Program-made: the position numbers and the translations under genes | Assembly: GCF_006345805.1 (NCBI RefSeq) | Contig: NC_042997.1 | Span: forward strand, 148,986,001 to 149,050,000 | Direction: 5' to 3' | DNA length: 64,000 nt | Source of the DNA: Octopus sinensis | Lineage: Eukaryota | The notes under the pieces: generated by a model | The model's database searches: none | What the model saw: only the letters and a program-made list of their open reading frames with translations | Told to the model about the DNA's origin: nothing | Shown: positions 1-14,129 of the stretch, one piece after another | Layout: every line of letters starts with the position of its first letter | Position numbering within the stretch: position 1 is the first letter of the stretch

Positions 1-1070
1 ACACATATTATTTGCGTTAATTTTTGTCCATGTCCTTTTTCGTCACATAGTTCAGGAGTCGATAAATAGTTTCATAAAGTTACAATTTAAAGTTAAGACA
101 AACTGTAAACAATCTGTTAAGCCTATAAATGCTTCTCTGTATTGACGCGGTGAAACGGTGTAAATACAAGAATATATATACTGATATATTAATGTATGAT
201 ATAAAACACCGTATTGCTAAATAAATCATAAGTGTGGGAATAAAAAATGGAATATTATTATCGCATTTTTTAGAAACAATCTTACACCACTGAATATAAA
301 ATCTGCTTGATCTACCGTGGTTAAATGCATGATTGGTACAGATTTGTGGTGAAGTTATATGGAGAGTATTAACTATTTTATTGACTTTTCAGACTAGAGT
401 TACAACATATTTATTCGAAAATAAAAACACATTACTTGTGTTTGTTTGAGCGGCTGGGTTTTTTTTACGTACATGTATATATACATTTCATTCTATATAC
501 ATGTGTACAAACATACACACATATATACACACATTTTGACTTACATATGTATATACACTCGCAAACACACACAAACATGCAGACACGCTTATACACGTAC
601 ACACACGCGCTCATATATATTTGAAAAAGTAAAAGAATGGCTTCAACGGTAGTTCTAATCAGTATAATTCATTAAAAATTTTTTTTTGATTTTATATAAA
701 TTTTATTTCATAGTTCTTTGTTAAACTGAGTGAAGCTATTTAAAAAAAAAATACTTATATACACGCGTGTGTATAGTTTTACCTGTAGTTATAATAATTT
801 AATATTAAGTTCCCTAAGTTCTGCAATTCTCGAAGCATTCTTCTAAGACAATTATCGAAAGAAGTTTGCTTCGAAACTTATGTGATCAAGGACTTTACCT
901 TCCTGCATGAAAACACTGATAAGTACTGAAATAATCTAGAATCAAGCAACGCTTCTTGCGTCAAACTGCGTAGGTGGAATCTCTACTGAAACAAGTGCAC
1001 TGCGTACAATTCAAATAATTGAACTTTTGTAGAATTCTTCTCTTCTCTGTCGCGGAATTACGTTAAATCA

Positions 1071-1126
<56 letters not shown>

Positions 1127-2447
1127 GATTTGCTACCACAAAGAAGCTAATTCAGAAACAACCCGCCGAGGAACTGGGGAAATATATCTTCAATCTTCTA
1201 AAAATACTTATATTAAGGCTTCTATGTCACCATTATCGTGTTAATTTATTCACAGAGTTATTGTGTATTGTGTATCGTGATACGTGTGTGTATTGTGTAA
1301 TTGGAAACGATCATTCTTTGTATTATTTAGAAAATATTACGATGTTATAATGGTTGCCCTGCAGATGATTATATCCACTACAGTACACGGAATTCTATCT
1401 ACGTATTATAGAAGATTGGGAGAGCTGAGAAGAAGAGAACTCGGGCACATATAATACATGTTTGTAGTTGATTTATTGTGATGAATTTTGTCTGCTATTT
1501 TGCTGCCCTTATTCTTCCACAGTTCTTTCAAAATACCATATGATCGAATATGCTAATATAAAAAAAAAATGATAAAATAAAGAACGTACAGATAATTTAT
1601 TCTATCAAAATGCCAAATACCTACCTATATTTCAATGGTTTGTATCTTCAAAAAGATATTTCCACACTTGATACATTGTCTTCTTTGGCGAATGGCCTGC
1701 TGCACTTGTCATCTGCTTCAATCAAATACCATATCAGAAATATTCTAACGTATATTTCTAACTAGATATATCATTTCAGAAAAATTTGACCTTTGCCATG
1801 ATGTTATTTATTGTTTAAACATTTGATTATATATTTAGTTGACATTGAAAGCAATGTGTTACATTCTGATTTGATTCTTCCAATGATGTTTGATATTTAT
1901 CCAACTAAATTATAAATCAATACATAAAATTTACTCAATGTCATTAATGTAGATTTCTGCTTTCTTTATAAATGACCATCATATTAATTATTTCTATATT
2001 ATCTGCATGCCAAAAATGTTTATATGGTTTGACACGATTATCTTTTCCAATTATGTGATTATTAAGAAACATATTCAGTAAGTAACACAGAGTAAATTGA
2101 TGACCATAATGATATATGCGTGCCACCCTACGAGTATGCATATATAAATATATTACTTACTATTATAAATGATGTTGAATTCTTTCGAACTAATTGATGT
2201 TGAAGCAGAAGAGTAAGTCAGTAACCTGCATGAATTTTTCATTAGTAACAGAGAACGGAGCCATTTTCGAATGTGCGTTTGCTGAAGATAATTCGTCGGG
2301 ATACTTTTGGACCTATATTATAACATATGTCATGCAAAGTAAGGTTTAAAAAAGTCACTTAAGTTTTATACAATTTGGTTATGGTTTTGAAGTTTTTCCT
2401 TATTGCAAAAGCAATATTATATATATGGTATCCGATATATATTTATC

Positions 2448-2632
2448 GCAGGAGTGGCTGCGTGGTGAGTAGCTTGCTTACCAACCACATGGTTCCGGGT
2501 TCAGTCCCACTGTGTGGCACCTTGGGCAAGTGTCTTCTACTATAGCCTCGGGCCGACCAAAGCCTTGTGACTGGATTTGGTAGACGGAAGCTGAAAGAAG
2601 CCTGTCGTATATATATATATATTATATATATA

Positions 2633-2705
<73 letters not shown>

Positions 2706-2929
2706 GTGTGTGTGTTTGTGTGTCTGTGTGTCTCCCCCACCAACATCACTTGACAACCGATAATGTGTGTTTTACGTCCCCGTCATTTAGTGGTTCGGCA
2801 AGAGCGACCGATAGAATAAGTACTAGGCTTACAAAGAATAAGTCCTGGGGTTGATTTGGTCGATTTGGTCGACTAAAGGTGGTGCTCCAGCATGGCCGCA
2901 GTCAAATGACTGAAAGAAATAAAAGAATA
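2448..2929 (+). mobile_element. tRNA-derived SINE, family 1 (CORE-like block, internal (TA)n/(TG)n tract)
   Basis: Head GCAGGAGTGGCTGCGTGGTGAG...GGTTCCGGGTTCAGTCCC (A/B-box-like), then GGCACCTTGGGCAAGTGTCTTCTACTATAGCCTCGG, internal microsatellite and tail ...CCAGCATGGCCGCAGTCAAATGACTGAAAGAAATAAAAGAATA. Four homologous copies elsewhere in the window. Confidence 0.9.
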
Positions 2930-3195
2930 TATATTATGTATTAATGTATGTGTGTATGTATTCATGTATGTATGTATTTATGTGTGCATTTATGTATGCA
3001 TACGTGTAGGTGCGCATGCATACACGCATATACGCTTTTTTTTATGTATGTATGTATGTATATATGTATGTGAAAATTTACCTATGTAAGTGTGTTAACG
3101 TGTCTGCGTGTGTAAGTACATTTAACTGTATGCTTATGAAGTGATATGTGTACTTGCTCAAGTTATATATATAAGTGTCACTCCGTCGAAGTTTG

Positions 3196-3259
<64 letters not shown>

Positions 3260-3262
<3 letters not shown>

Positions 3263-4352
3263 TAAATAATGAGGCGAGAAATTGATATCAGTCACTTAAC
3301 ATCAATTTAAACCAGTGGTCTAGCATATTAAAAAAAATATTACAATTAATAAGAGGAATGACCACTGAAGTAGATTCCGATATGCTAAATATAGACGTCA
3401 AATCCCTTTACCACGAAGAGTGTGTTCTCAAGAAAAACCTCAGGAAACGCCAGAATGTAAAACATTAACGAAGGCAAACGGAAATATATAAAATAAAACG
3501 ATTTAAACACTTGCAAAATGCAAAATGCAGGGAACTGTAACTTGCCAACATAGCCTGTCATAATTCAAACATATTTGTCAGAAATATACAAAGAAACGTT
3601 CTCCAGAAAGAAAATAATTCTGGAAAATATACTTGTAGTATTTTTAAAATGTCTTCATTTTGGCACGATAGAACCGGAAACAACCGTGCGGATAATAAAT
3701 TACCGCAGTTAATTTACCGGTTGGAGAACATTGCTATTTTAAATTTAATAATAGGACGTTTACTGAGATTTTTTTCTTGAGAACACGCTCTTCGTGGTAA
3801 GTCGATTTGACGTCTATCTTTAGCATATAGGAATCCACTTTAATGGTTATTCCGCTTATTAATTGTAATATAATTTTTAAATCTTCGGATTTTTTTGGAA
3901 TATGCTAAACAGCTGGTTTACATTGATGTGAATTGATTCGTATAGATTTCTACCCTTATTATTTAATTTAAAATAGCAATGTTCTCCAACTGGTAAATTA
4001 ACTGTGGCAATTTATTATCTGCATGGTTATTTCCGGTTATAGCGCGCCAAAATGAAGACATTTGAAAAGTACCACAAATATATTTTGCAGAAATGTACAT
4101 GAGTTTTCTTTCAGAAGAACGTTTTTGTGAATAGTTCTGTGAAGTATATTTTGAAATACGACAGGCTACGCTAAGGAGTTACAGATACTTGCCTTTTGCA
4201 TTTTGCAAGTGATAATAAAGAACTCATGATGCGTAGGTAATCGTTTTATTTTGTATATTTTCATTTGTCTTGTTAATTGTTTTTCATTCTAGCGTTTGCT
4301 GAGATTTTTCCTTGAGAACACTCTTCATGGTAAGGCGATTTGACGTCTATGT
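3260..4352. repeat. Complex inverted/tandem repeat cluster A-B-A'-B'-A' starting at a (TA)n tract; probable decayed PLE pseudo-LTR insertion
   Basis: About 3270-3465 is a diverged reverse complement of about 3756-3945 and of 4290-4352; about 3500-3755 is a diverged reverse complement of about 3950-4215. Confidence 0.7.
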
Positions 4353-4363
4353 TTCATGTAGAT

Positions 4364-4902
4364 CAGGGGCCACCAAACTACGGCCTGCGGGCCAGATTCG
4401 GTCCACAAGGTCACTTCATCCGGTCTGCCGCCGCACTATAACTTTCATGTAACTACCTGCAATGAGAGTTCATTTGCATCTTGTATGGCATCAATGTTTG
4501 GAACAACTTATATCTTTGAGCAAACATTTTCTATAATGAAATATGTGAAGTCAGCACATCGAACGAGGATGACTGATAACCATTTGAAAGCAATTCTCTT
4601 GGTTGGATGCAGCAATTCCAAACCAAACATTGATATTTCAAAAGCTAAACACCAGCTTCACATAGCTCACTATCTTTTTGTGCAAGTTCGTTTGTGAGAT
4701 TCAGACATGTTAGTGCTGGGAGCGATATAACTATTTTATTGTTAACGTCGCCTTCTTTGGTAACATTTTGGTAAATGAATATGTTGGTTGTCTATATTTT
4801 TTGTGTATTTACTGTATTGTATTGAACAAAATGGTTATACAGCCCACGCTCGTTATTTTTTCAGTTATCTGGCCCGCTGTGAAAATAGTCTGGTGATCCC
4901 TG
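4364..4902 (+). mobile_element. Internally deleted hAT (Charlie/SPIN-like) DNA transposon
   Basis: TIRs CAGGGGCCACCAAACTAC / ATAGTCTGGTGATCCCTG; degenerate 8-bp TSD ATGTAGAT / ATTTAAAT. ORF 4485-4697 (SMFGTTYIFEQTFSIMKYVKSAHRTRMTDNHL) resembles the hAT C-terminal dimerisation domain. Confidence 0.85.
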
Positions 4903-5244
4903 ATTTAAATGATGGTAACTGTTTCCTGATTCAGGCATATCCTAAATGACAGATCATTCTGGCACAGTTTAGGATGGAAGAAGTCCTACACATTGCCTCT
5001 ATTTGGGAGAGTATTTGGAGTGATAGTGGGAAAGTCGCTTCTTGTTATACCTTAAGGATATCTGTTCTTTATAGGTCTACGGCATAATGTAGGACGGGAG
5101 AAAGGGTATGTCACCTGTTGCTGCCGTTAGGTCCAAATATACAAATATTGTACCAATAATATCCGTAGGTGTTTTGAGGAGGAAGAGATTATTCTATATT
5201 GCCACGTGAGCTGGTGAGAGAACCGTCAGTCAGCGTTCCTAAGC

Positions 5245-5395
5245 TTGTAGTAGTAGTGGTAGCAGTAGTAGTTGTAGCAGTAGTAGTGGTAGCAGCAGTA
5301 TTATTATTATTACTATTATTATTATTATTAGTACTAGTAGTAGTTAGTAGTAGTAGTAGCAGTAGTAGTAGTTCGTAGTAGTAGTAGTAGTAGTA

Positions 5396-5443
<48 letters not shown>

Positions 5444-5460
5444 AACTAGTAGTAGTAGAA
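5245..5460. repeat. (TAG)n/(TAT)n compound microsatellite
   Basis: Direct reading; explains the poly-L/Y/T ORF 5189-5518. Confidence 0.95.
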
Positions 5461-5559
5461 GTTGAGCGAATTCTGACCTGCTGTAATAGTTACAGTTTGT
5501 TGTAGGGAATTCCGACACACCCAGACAGGTTTGCGTGAAAGTTGGACAGTGAAACCAAT

Positions 5560-6065
5560 GCAGACACTATTGAGTAACCGGATCTTGATATAATCCCTAA
5601 TGTGTTGCCAGGAGCTCCAACCGTGCTCTACAAACATAAACCTGTACAACAGCTACCTTTCCAGAGTGCTCTGGTGGTTTCTATTTAATTTTATTCTGTA
5701 TTTGTTCATCTATTCTGTAAACAGATTGTGAAAATATATTTTTTTTATTTTCTTGCAAATTCTGGCTGTTTCACAGTGGACTCTTTTGGCCTCCACCCAT
5801 TGTCAGGCTGTCATGATGCTGGCCCCCTTCCATGCCCCCTTACAAAGATCATAAAGCATGGCCTAGATGCCGCAGGCTTCCCATCCCAGCAATTTAAATA
5901 TCCCCATAGTCAGCTTTATATTCTAATGATTACAGAATCATTAATCCTTAAGATGTTGAGGCAAAAAGCAAAGAAGATTTTAGATGGACAAGTGGTCAGA
6001 GCTGAATTATGTTTCTTCGGCTACTTACTGGTCAATATGTTTCAGGCCACACTGTAATATAGATG
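5560..6065 (-). mobile_element. Possible highly decayed LINE (RTE-like) 3' fragment
   Basis: Locally GC-richer; the minus strand gives a stop-riddled GHGRGP-like motif reminiscent of the RTE C-terminal GRGRP motif. Weak. Confidence 0.25.
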
Positions 6066-6446
6066 CTGTTCTTATTTGCTGAAACATTCAATCAAACGGA
6101 TAACTAATCATATATTTAAACAAACGATGATTGCATTTCCTGTCATTTCAGCTCACTACGTTAATTCATTTGAAAAACATTAATGATACTAGATGATTAG
6201 TTCACCCGCCATGTGTTTGAATATTCTTCGCTACTCATCTTTAGATCAGATATCACTAATTAAAACGTGTTTTTTTAATAATGAAAATAATTTGAACATA
6301 TCAGTTTATATTAAATGAGATGATTTAAAATAATGGTAATGCAATAATTAGAAAACTATATATACATATAATCGTGCCATTTTTCTCCCTCTGTCTCACC
6401 CTGTCTTTATATACATACATACATACATACATACTACATACATACA

Positions 6447-6870
<424 letters not shown>

Positions 6871-9041
6871 CGTTTATCTTTAAACAAGAAGACTTTACAT
6901 TGATTTAAATGTACTTATAAAAATCTACCAACTGACATTCCTAAAGTTAGAACATTTTTCCAGTATCCCAATTTCGTAGGAAACTATGTTTAAGATGTTC
7001 TATTCGAAGCGTGGTTTTATTTCCAGTTCAAGAGCTCAAAACGTTTGGCAAGTGTCCACTATAACAATACCAGTACGCCTCATTCGTAGTGAGTGAAATT
7101 TGGTGGACGGTAATTGTGCGGAATCCCATAGTAGGGACTCATCTATTGTCTTTCACTACTGGATCTTTAACGCATTTATATGAACTCATTGTGATGTCAA
7201 CATTCATGCCAGATGGAGAGTATATAGATAATTTTCTCTTTTTCCTGCCATCAATCTGCTAGAACGCGAAAGGTGTTGATTGCTGTACCCTTCTTCCTCT
7301 GAATAAACGATAAAATATGCAATATGGAAAGCAGAGGAAACAAGTAAATGACTTCAATCAACAAAAGGAAGGAAATGTTAGCTGTCACAGTGGGTTTCGA
7401 TTTGTCACTATTAATATACATATTACACATTTATCCATATTCTAAATATTGTGACTAATGATAACCTCTATTGCCATCAACTTGAATGACACGTAATATT
7501 CATTGTAATTCTTTAGTAGACATAAGTTGAATAACAGACCATTTCATGTGTCATGTTGTACATACACGTATATGGCAAAATATACAACAAAGTTCGAAAA
7601 TCAGTTCATTTCTGTGATATCCACTAAACTCCACAAGCGTTTTCGAAATGTCTATTGAGGCAGTGAGAAAACGGGTGTTGGAAGTTTCAAGATGTATTTT
7701 CAGTGTTAATATAATCATTAAAAGTACTGCCTCTTCGACAAATTATATGAAGGAAACCTCACATAACCAACAGATACGAAAAAAAATCCTCGAATAATAC
7801 TAAAGATACGTTGCTGAAGTAAGCCAATAGTACTATCTTTAAATATATTTATATAAAAACTCAGTAAATGTGTTCATAAGGTAACGCATCATAAAAACTT
7901 TACAAAAACTCACTGATAATAAATCACATACACCCGATATGATAACCCCGTTAACATTTACTGGAGCGTATAAGGTTATGAATTATGAATCAATAAATAA
8001 TCAAAAATGATATGTTGTTAGCATGATATAGTACTTTTCATTTCCATGTATTTCTGAAATGCATGTATATCTCAAACACGTTTTCCAGAATATCCTATAA
8101 AATCTAATGCAATCATTATATGGGAAATACGTTCTCGTTTCATATTTGCCTTGTTCAACACATTTCACATATCAATAATCTGTATCGGGAATTTCTTAAC
8201 AATAGGCACAATAGCGATAATTTAGGAAACTATAGAATATCATTTCATATGTGTCATTATACGAGTATATATGTTCGCATGTGAATGTGTTTCTCTCTAT
8301 ATATATGTATGTGTGTATATATATATGTATATATGTATTTATGTATATATATATATATGTATATATGTATTTATGTATATATATGTATATATATATACAT
8401 ACATATGTATGTACGTATATATATGCGTGTATATATATGTGTATATATATATATATATGTATGCATGTATGTATATATATATGTGTGTAAACAGATATGT
8501 GTATATCTATATGTATGTAGATTGGTAAACACAGATATGTTACATAAATATACATATACATACGCACAAACAAACACTTGACAAACACACACATACACAC
8601 TCACACTCATATATACATATTTACCTGCATGCACATATCTGCACAATCTTTCAACCTTACGTGAACAAGCATATACGCACATGCATGTATATATGTTTAC
8701 GACTGAGCTTGCTTTTCTGATGTATTGAGAATTCGAGGAATAACACAGTACGCTTTTCATTTGACTTGGGAATACCATTAACAAGTAATGGACAAATAAA
8801 TCTGCCTATTAGTAAATGTAAAACATTCACATTAAAGAAAAAAATTATAACAAATAGTACATAAACGGATAACATACCGAGGTTTCAAAGTCGATTTTGT
8901 TTTTGTCAACGACAAACAACTGATAATATCAAAAGTATTTATATACAGAATAGATATCGACAAGCGACACATGTATGAATGTTGCTGTGTACACACAGGC
9001 ACACGCACGCACACAGATATAAACAAACATATATGTATATT

Positions 9042-9073
<32 letters not shown>

Positions 9074-9093
9074 ATATATATTATACTTGAAGA

Positions 9094-9126
<33 letters not shown>

Positions 9127-9176
9127 CGTATATATACATATATATATATATATATTATATATATATATATATATAC

Positions 9177-9268
<92 letters not shown>

Positions 9269-9624
9269 CTTCAAGAATAATATGATCGGGAAATAGCAAC
9301 AGAGGAATTGCGTTTAGATTATTAGTTTAATGCTACAAGCAAGAAATCGAATGGGAGTCGTTTCACGTATGTACTGTGGCTCTTCTTCAGTGAACGGTAA
9401 ACAAGAGAAAAACATGTCTAATTTAATACAAGTCACGGGAATAGAAAACGTTGCCAACAAAATAAATTTATCAGTGTAATTAATGTTATAGAAATATGTG
9501 CAATAAATGGCGGGCTTTAGTTGTGAATTGAGATGATTTTAACTTCAATGAATACGTTTACTCTCTGTTTTCATCTTTCTTCTGTAAATCACTATTCTGT
9601 TCTAATATCTATCTATTTATCTAT

Positions 9625-10019
<395 letters not shown>

Positions 10020-10299
10020 CTATATATATATATACACATACAGGAAACAAGTAAAATATATAGGCATTACCTATACTGTTTCCAGTAGCCGTAGGTAACG
10101 TACCTGATATATCACTCTCTGTATAAACCAGTTTGTTGGGTACCTATCGACGAATTTACAATATAAAATAGTAACGTACCAAAACATTACCTAGATTTCT
10201 TCACTAATCTGAGTATTACTGCTAGCCTGGTTTGCCAACAGAAATCTTATGTATGCATACATGCATATATACATATATATATATAAACACTTATTTGTA

Positions 10300-10522
10300 T
10301 ATATACCTTTGGCGACGGTATTGTTCTCCATCGGTAAAATGATATTACGTGGGAGAATAGAAAATAGAGTGTTCTGATGACAGTATTTCTTATTCGTTTC
10401 TGTCGAAGAGCGTAGGCTCCGAAAGGAAAATAATCTTCCATTTTTCTCGAACGTAGACTCATACACTTACTTGTTCCTACACCTGTCTTAGTCTTTTCTT
10501 CTTTGTTTTTCGATACATTCGG

Positions 10523-10525
<3 letters not shown>
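10300..10525 (+). mobile_element. PLE-type 3' end/pseudo-LTR fragment ending in (TA)n
   Basis: Homologous (reverse complement) to 51518-51700; contains the hammerhead-like string CTGTCGA-A-GAGC-GTAG-GCTC-C-GAAA. Confidence 0.6.
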
Positions 10526-10577
<52 letters not shown>

Positions 10578-10581
<4 letters not shown>

Positions 10582-10945
10582 ATATAAAGTTGGGAATTAC
10601 CGCACGAGTAAAAATATAAGGAAAAGTATCTGAAAATGCAGAAATTTTGTAAAACTATTTATTAACTTAACCGGTTTCATTTATATAAAACGATTTGCAA
10701 AAGTATAGTATGAGGCTTTGTGTATCATCTGCTGTGTCAAAAATGAGTTTACATATATGTTCACAGTGTCTTTGACAATGATTTGTAACTTTTTCTTATC
10801 GTTATGAAAGGTTCCATTACTTGATTTGAATACATATATGTAAACTAAATTTTGACACTACAGAGGATACGCAAAGCCTCATACCTCACGTTTGAGAATG
10901 CTTTTTAAATATGTGAAATTGGTTAAGTTAGTATTTACTTTTAAA
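10578..10945. repeat. Diverged inverted repeat (about 120-bp arms) abutting (TA)n; decayed PLE-type fold-back
   Basis: About 10645-10765 is a diverged reverse complement of about 10829-10945. Confidence 0.65.
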
Positions 10946-12215
10946 CGATGCCTGCGTTTTCACATTCTTTATCCTCCACACACACATACACACATATACA
11001 TATACATATCATTGTTTATATACGTGTGAGTGTGCGTAAGAAGGTCTAGGTAATTTTCACAAACACTTGTACAAGACTATTATTACAAGTTCCCGAATCA
11101 CAATAAAATACAACTTCTCAGAATGTTCTTAGTAAAGAAGCAAATCCATATCGTACATTCTAACTCCAGCTGCCTATACATATGTATTTGTATAAGTAAA
11201 TGAATAATGTTAAATGAGTTTGGTTGCACTTTATGTAACTGTATTGTGTAGTTGTCGGTTTCTTTTTTCTTCTGCTTCATTGTTATAAATAGGAATCAAA
11301 ATATGAGTATATGTCTATCTTTATTAATATTTAACAGAAGTAACATAGTGATTCAAGTTTCGGTAGTTTCCCGCGTTGGCACTTATCAAAGTTTGATAAG
11401 TACAAATGCATGAAACTTACTATGTTGCTTCTGCTAAACATTAATAAAGCCGATGGTTGTGGATGACTTTTTTCAGCAAGCTAAGAGGTTTATTACCGTA
11501 TTATTGAATTTACACACATACCCAGATACAAACACATATATGTATGTATGCATGTCTGACTGTATGTATGTAGATATGCATATATGTATGGATGTATAGA
11601 GGCATATATTTAACTGAGTATGTTTGCCAGCGCATGGGTTATGGATTCGATCAAGGATATACGCAAAAAAGGAAGAACATTCCCTAGGCAAGAACATTTC
11701 CAGCAATCTTAACTTAATTACCAAGGCGAATCTCTGTGAATTCCAGTTGCGATACAACTGATGGGCTTCAATATAGTTTGCAGTTATGCAATCTGATATG
11801 TACAATTTTTACCTGGGTATAAAAAATGACAAATACATTCGTCATAATTATAACCCTTCATTCCACAAATGCATGGAAAAATGCCTTTTTAATTAAAAAG
11901 AATTCAATCAGATTCACATTGCATTATATATTTTCAGAGCTTCGTAATATATATGCAGCAAATTCATAAATGCACCTTAATTATTTGCAAAGTAATTTGC
12001 ATTTAGAATTTGGATTTTTATTTTCTACGTAATTTATTTATGCCTGCAGTAAGATAGTGATGGATAGAACATTCATAAAAAGTATGACGTTAAAGTGCTA
12101 ATGACGTTAAATTGGACACAACAATGTGTCCAGCACACTTAAATCATAAAGTTTTTGCATACCAATGTGCACGTATGTTACTGCTTGTATACGTTCGTGT
12201 ATGTATACAAAGATA

Positions 12216-13624
12216 TGACAGACGTAGATAGACGCCCCATAAAATATCGTTTTATGTTTATTCTAACTTGTAAAGGTTTATATTTTCTATTAATTGGCAT
12301 TTTAATGTTTCAGGTACTCTATGTGACAGGTTAATCATTCCATGTACAAAATAATTCTTAGAACTGTCATGGAATTTCAAAGAGGCCATATTGTTGGTTA
12401 ATCTGAAGGTGGACATAGTGTAAAATCGCAGAAAATATTGGGATCCCAATTTTAAAATTTAGTGTTTGTGCATTTCACCAGAGATAGGAAGTAGTCCACA
12501 TCACCTCGCTCAGGTCGATCAGCGGTCTCTGACATTACCCTTCCCTTTGTTAAGAGAAGAGTAGAGGAAAATCCAAGTTGCAAGATTTCTGACATAGCAG
12601 AACACATTGATGTCAAACCCACAATAGATGTCAGGTAGCGCCACAAACTTAGTTGCTATGGCAAGTAAGCAAGAAGGAAGCCACTTCTTTGACTAGCCAA
12701 TATCAAGCGGAGAAATGATTTGGTCAGTGAGATGGTGGAGAGGTCACTAGCATTTTGGGACACTGACATATTCTCCAGTGAGTCCAGATTTGCTGTATTT
12801 TCTGACAGTGGCCGCGACTGGGTCTTGAGACTGTGATCAAGAATTTGACGTGAAAAAATCGCAGCCGATAATAAAACACGGCAGATTTTCTGTCATGCCG
12901 TGTTTGATATTGGCTGGTCAAAGAAGTGGCTTCCTTCTCGCTTACCTGCCATAGCAACCAAGTGTGTGGGGATACCTGACATCTGTTCTGGGTTTGACAT
13001 CAAGGTGTTCTGCTATGTCAGAAGCCTTGCAACTTGGATATTCCTCCACCCTTCTCTTAAGAAAGGGAAGTGTCCTCTCAGAGAGCCCTGGTCAACCCGG
13101 GCGAGGTGATGTGGAGCAATGGTCGATCAGATTTGGTGGAGGGTGAAGATACATTTATGTCCATATTGCAGGAAGAACTCCGTCCAATCTTCTCAAATAG
13201 TGAAATAATTGATGAGCACTTTTTATTCATGGAAGATGAGGCTCCCTCCTAATACGGCTAAAATGACCCAAGATTTGTTGGATGAGAATAGTATTAAAAA
13301 GCTTCCATGGCCAAGCCAGAAACGATATATGAAACACATTGAATACCTCTGGGGCATAACGGACAGGACACTTCATAAAAAGAAGAAAACATCTTCAAAG
13401 CCAGATCTTTTGCAATTACTGCATGAAACTGGCGAGAAATCCCCGATGGGATTATTCGTCATGTGTTCATTACAATGCCTGATAGGGTCCTGGCACTGAA
13501 AAATGCAAGGAGAATGTCTAGTAAATATTAAATATCCACATTATAACAAATAATAAATAATTTGAATGTATAATTTCAGATTTAAAGAGATTTTAATGAT
13601 TATAGGCGTGTCTATTTAATTCTG

Positions 13625-13627
<3 letters not shown>
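12216..13627 (+). mobile_element. Decayed Tc1-family DNA transposon
   Basis: Interrupted plus-strand translation gives EFQRGHIVG..EGG, TSPRSGR, ARRKPLL, FS-ESRF-VFSDSG, MWSNGRSDLV, FMEDEAP, LPWPSQ and HIEYLWG, i.e. Tc1 HTH and DD34E motifs. The outer boundaries rest on a weak TIR match and are approximate. Confidence 0.8.
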
Positions 13628-13680
<53 letters not shown>

Positions 13681-14084
13681 CAGAATATACAATGACGGAA
13701 TTTGAAAAAACTCCAAGTTGCGTACCAGTATTTCTAATTGATACTAAAAAACATGTAGCCCAAAACCCAATAACATTTCAATCTGCTCATACGTTTTCCA
13801 TAGTATATACAGTCTTCTTCACCATATTATCTACTTTATGAATCTTGGTGATTTTATGATTATATCTAAGTATTAATAAATGATATATGTTTAATGACTA
13901 TGTGTGTAATGTGGAGTAAATTTCAATGCGTAAAAATGGCGTCAAGTTCAGTAAAATAACATTGATTCGGATTTAAAACTTTGATAGATCTACATAGAGG
14001 CGCAGATTCGAACACTGATATCTATGTAAGTATGTGCATTCATACTCGCACATATTCTCCCAAGCATGCATACACACACAAATA

Positions 14085-14129
<45 letters not shown>

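Noticed and set aside
3770-3815. TTGAGAA-CAC..GTG-GTAA as a hammerhead variant
   Set aside because: Stem III and the cleavage triplet cannot be formed consistently across the three copies.
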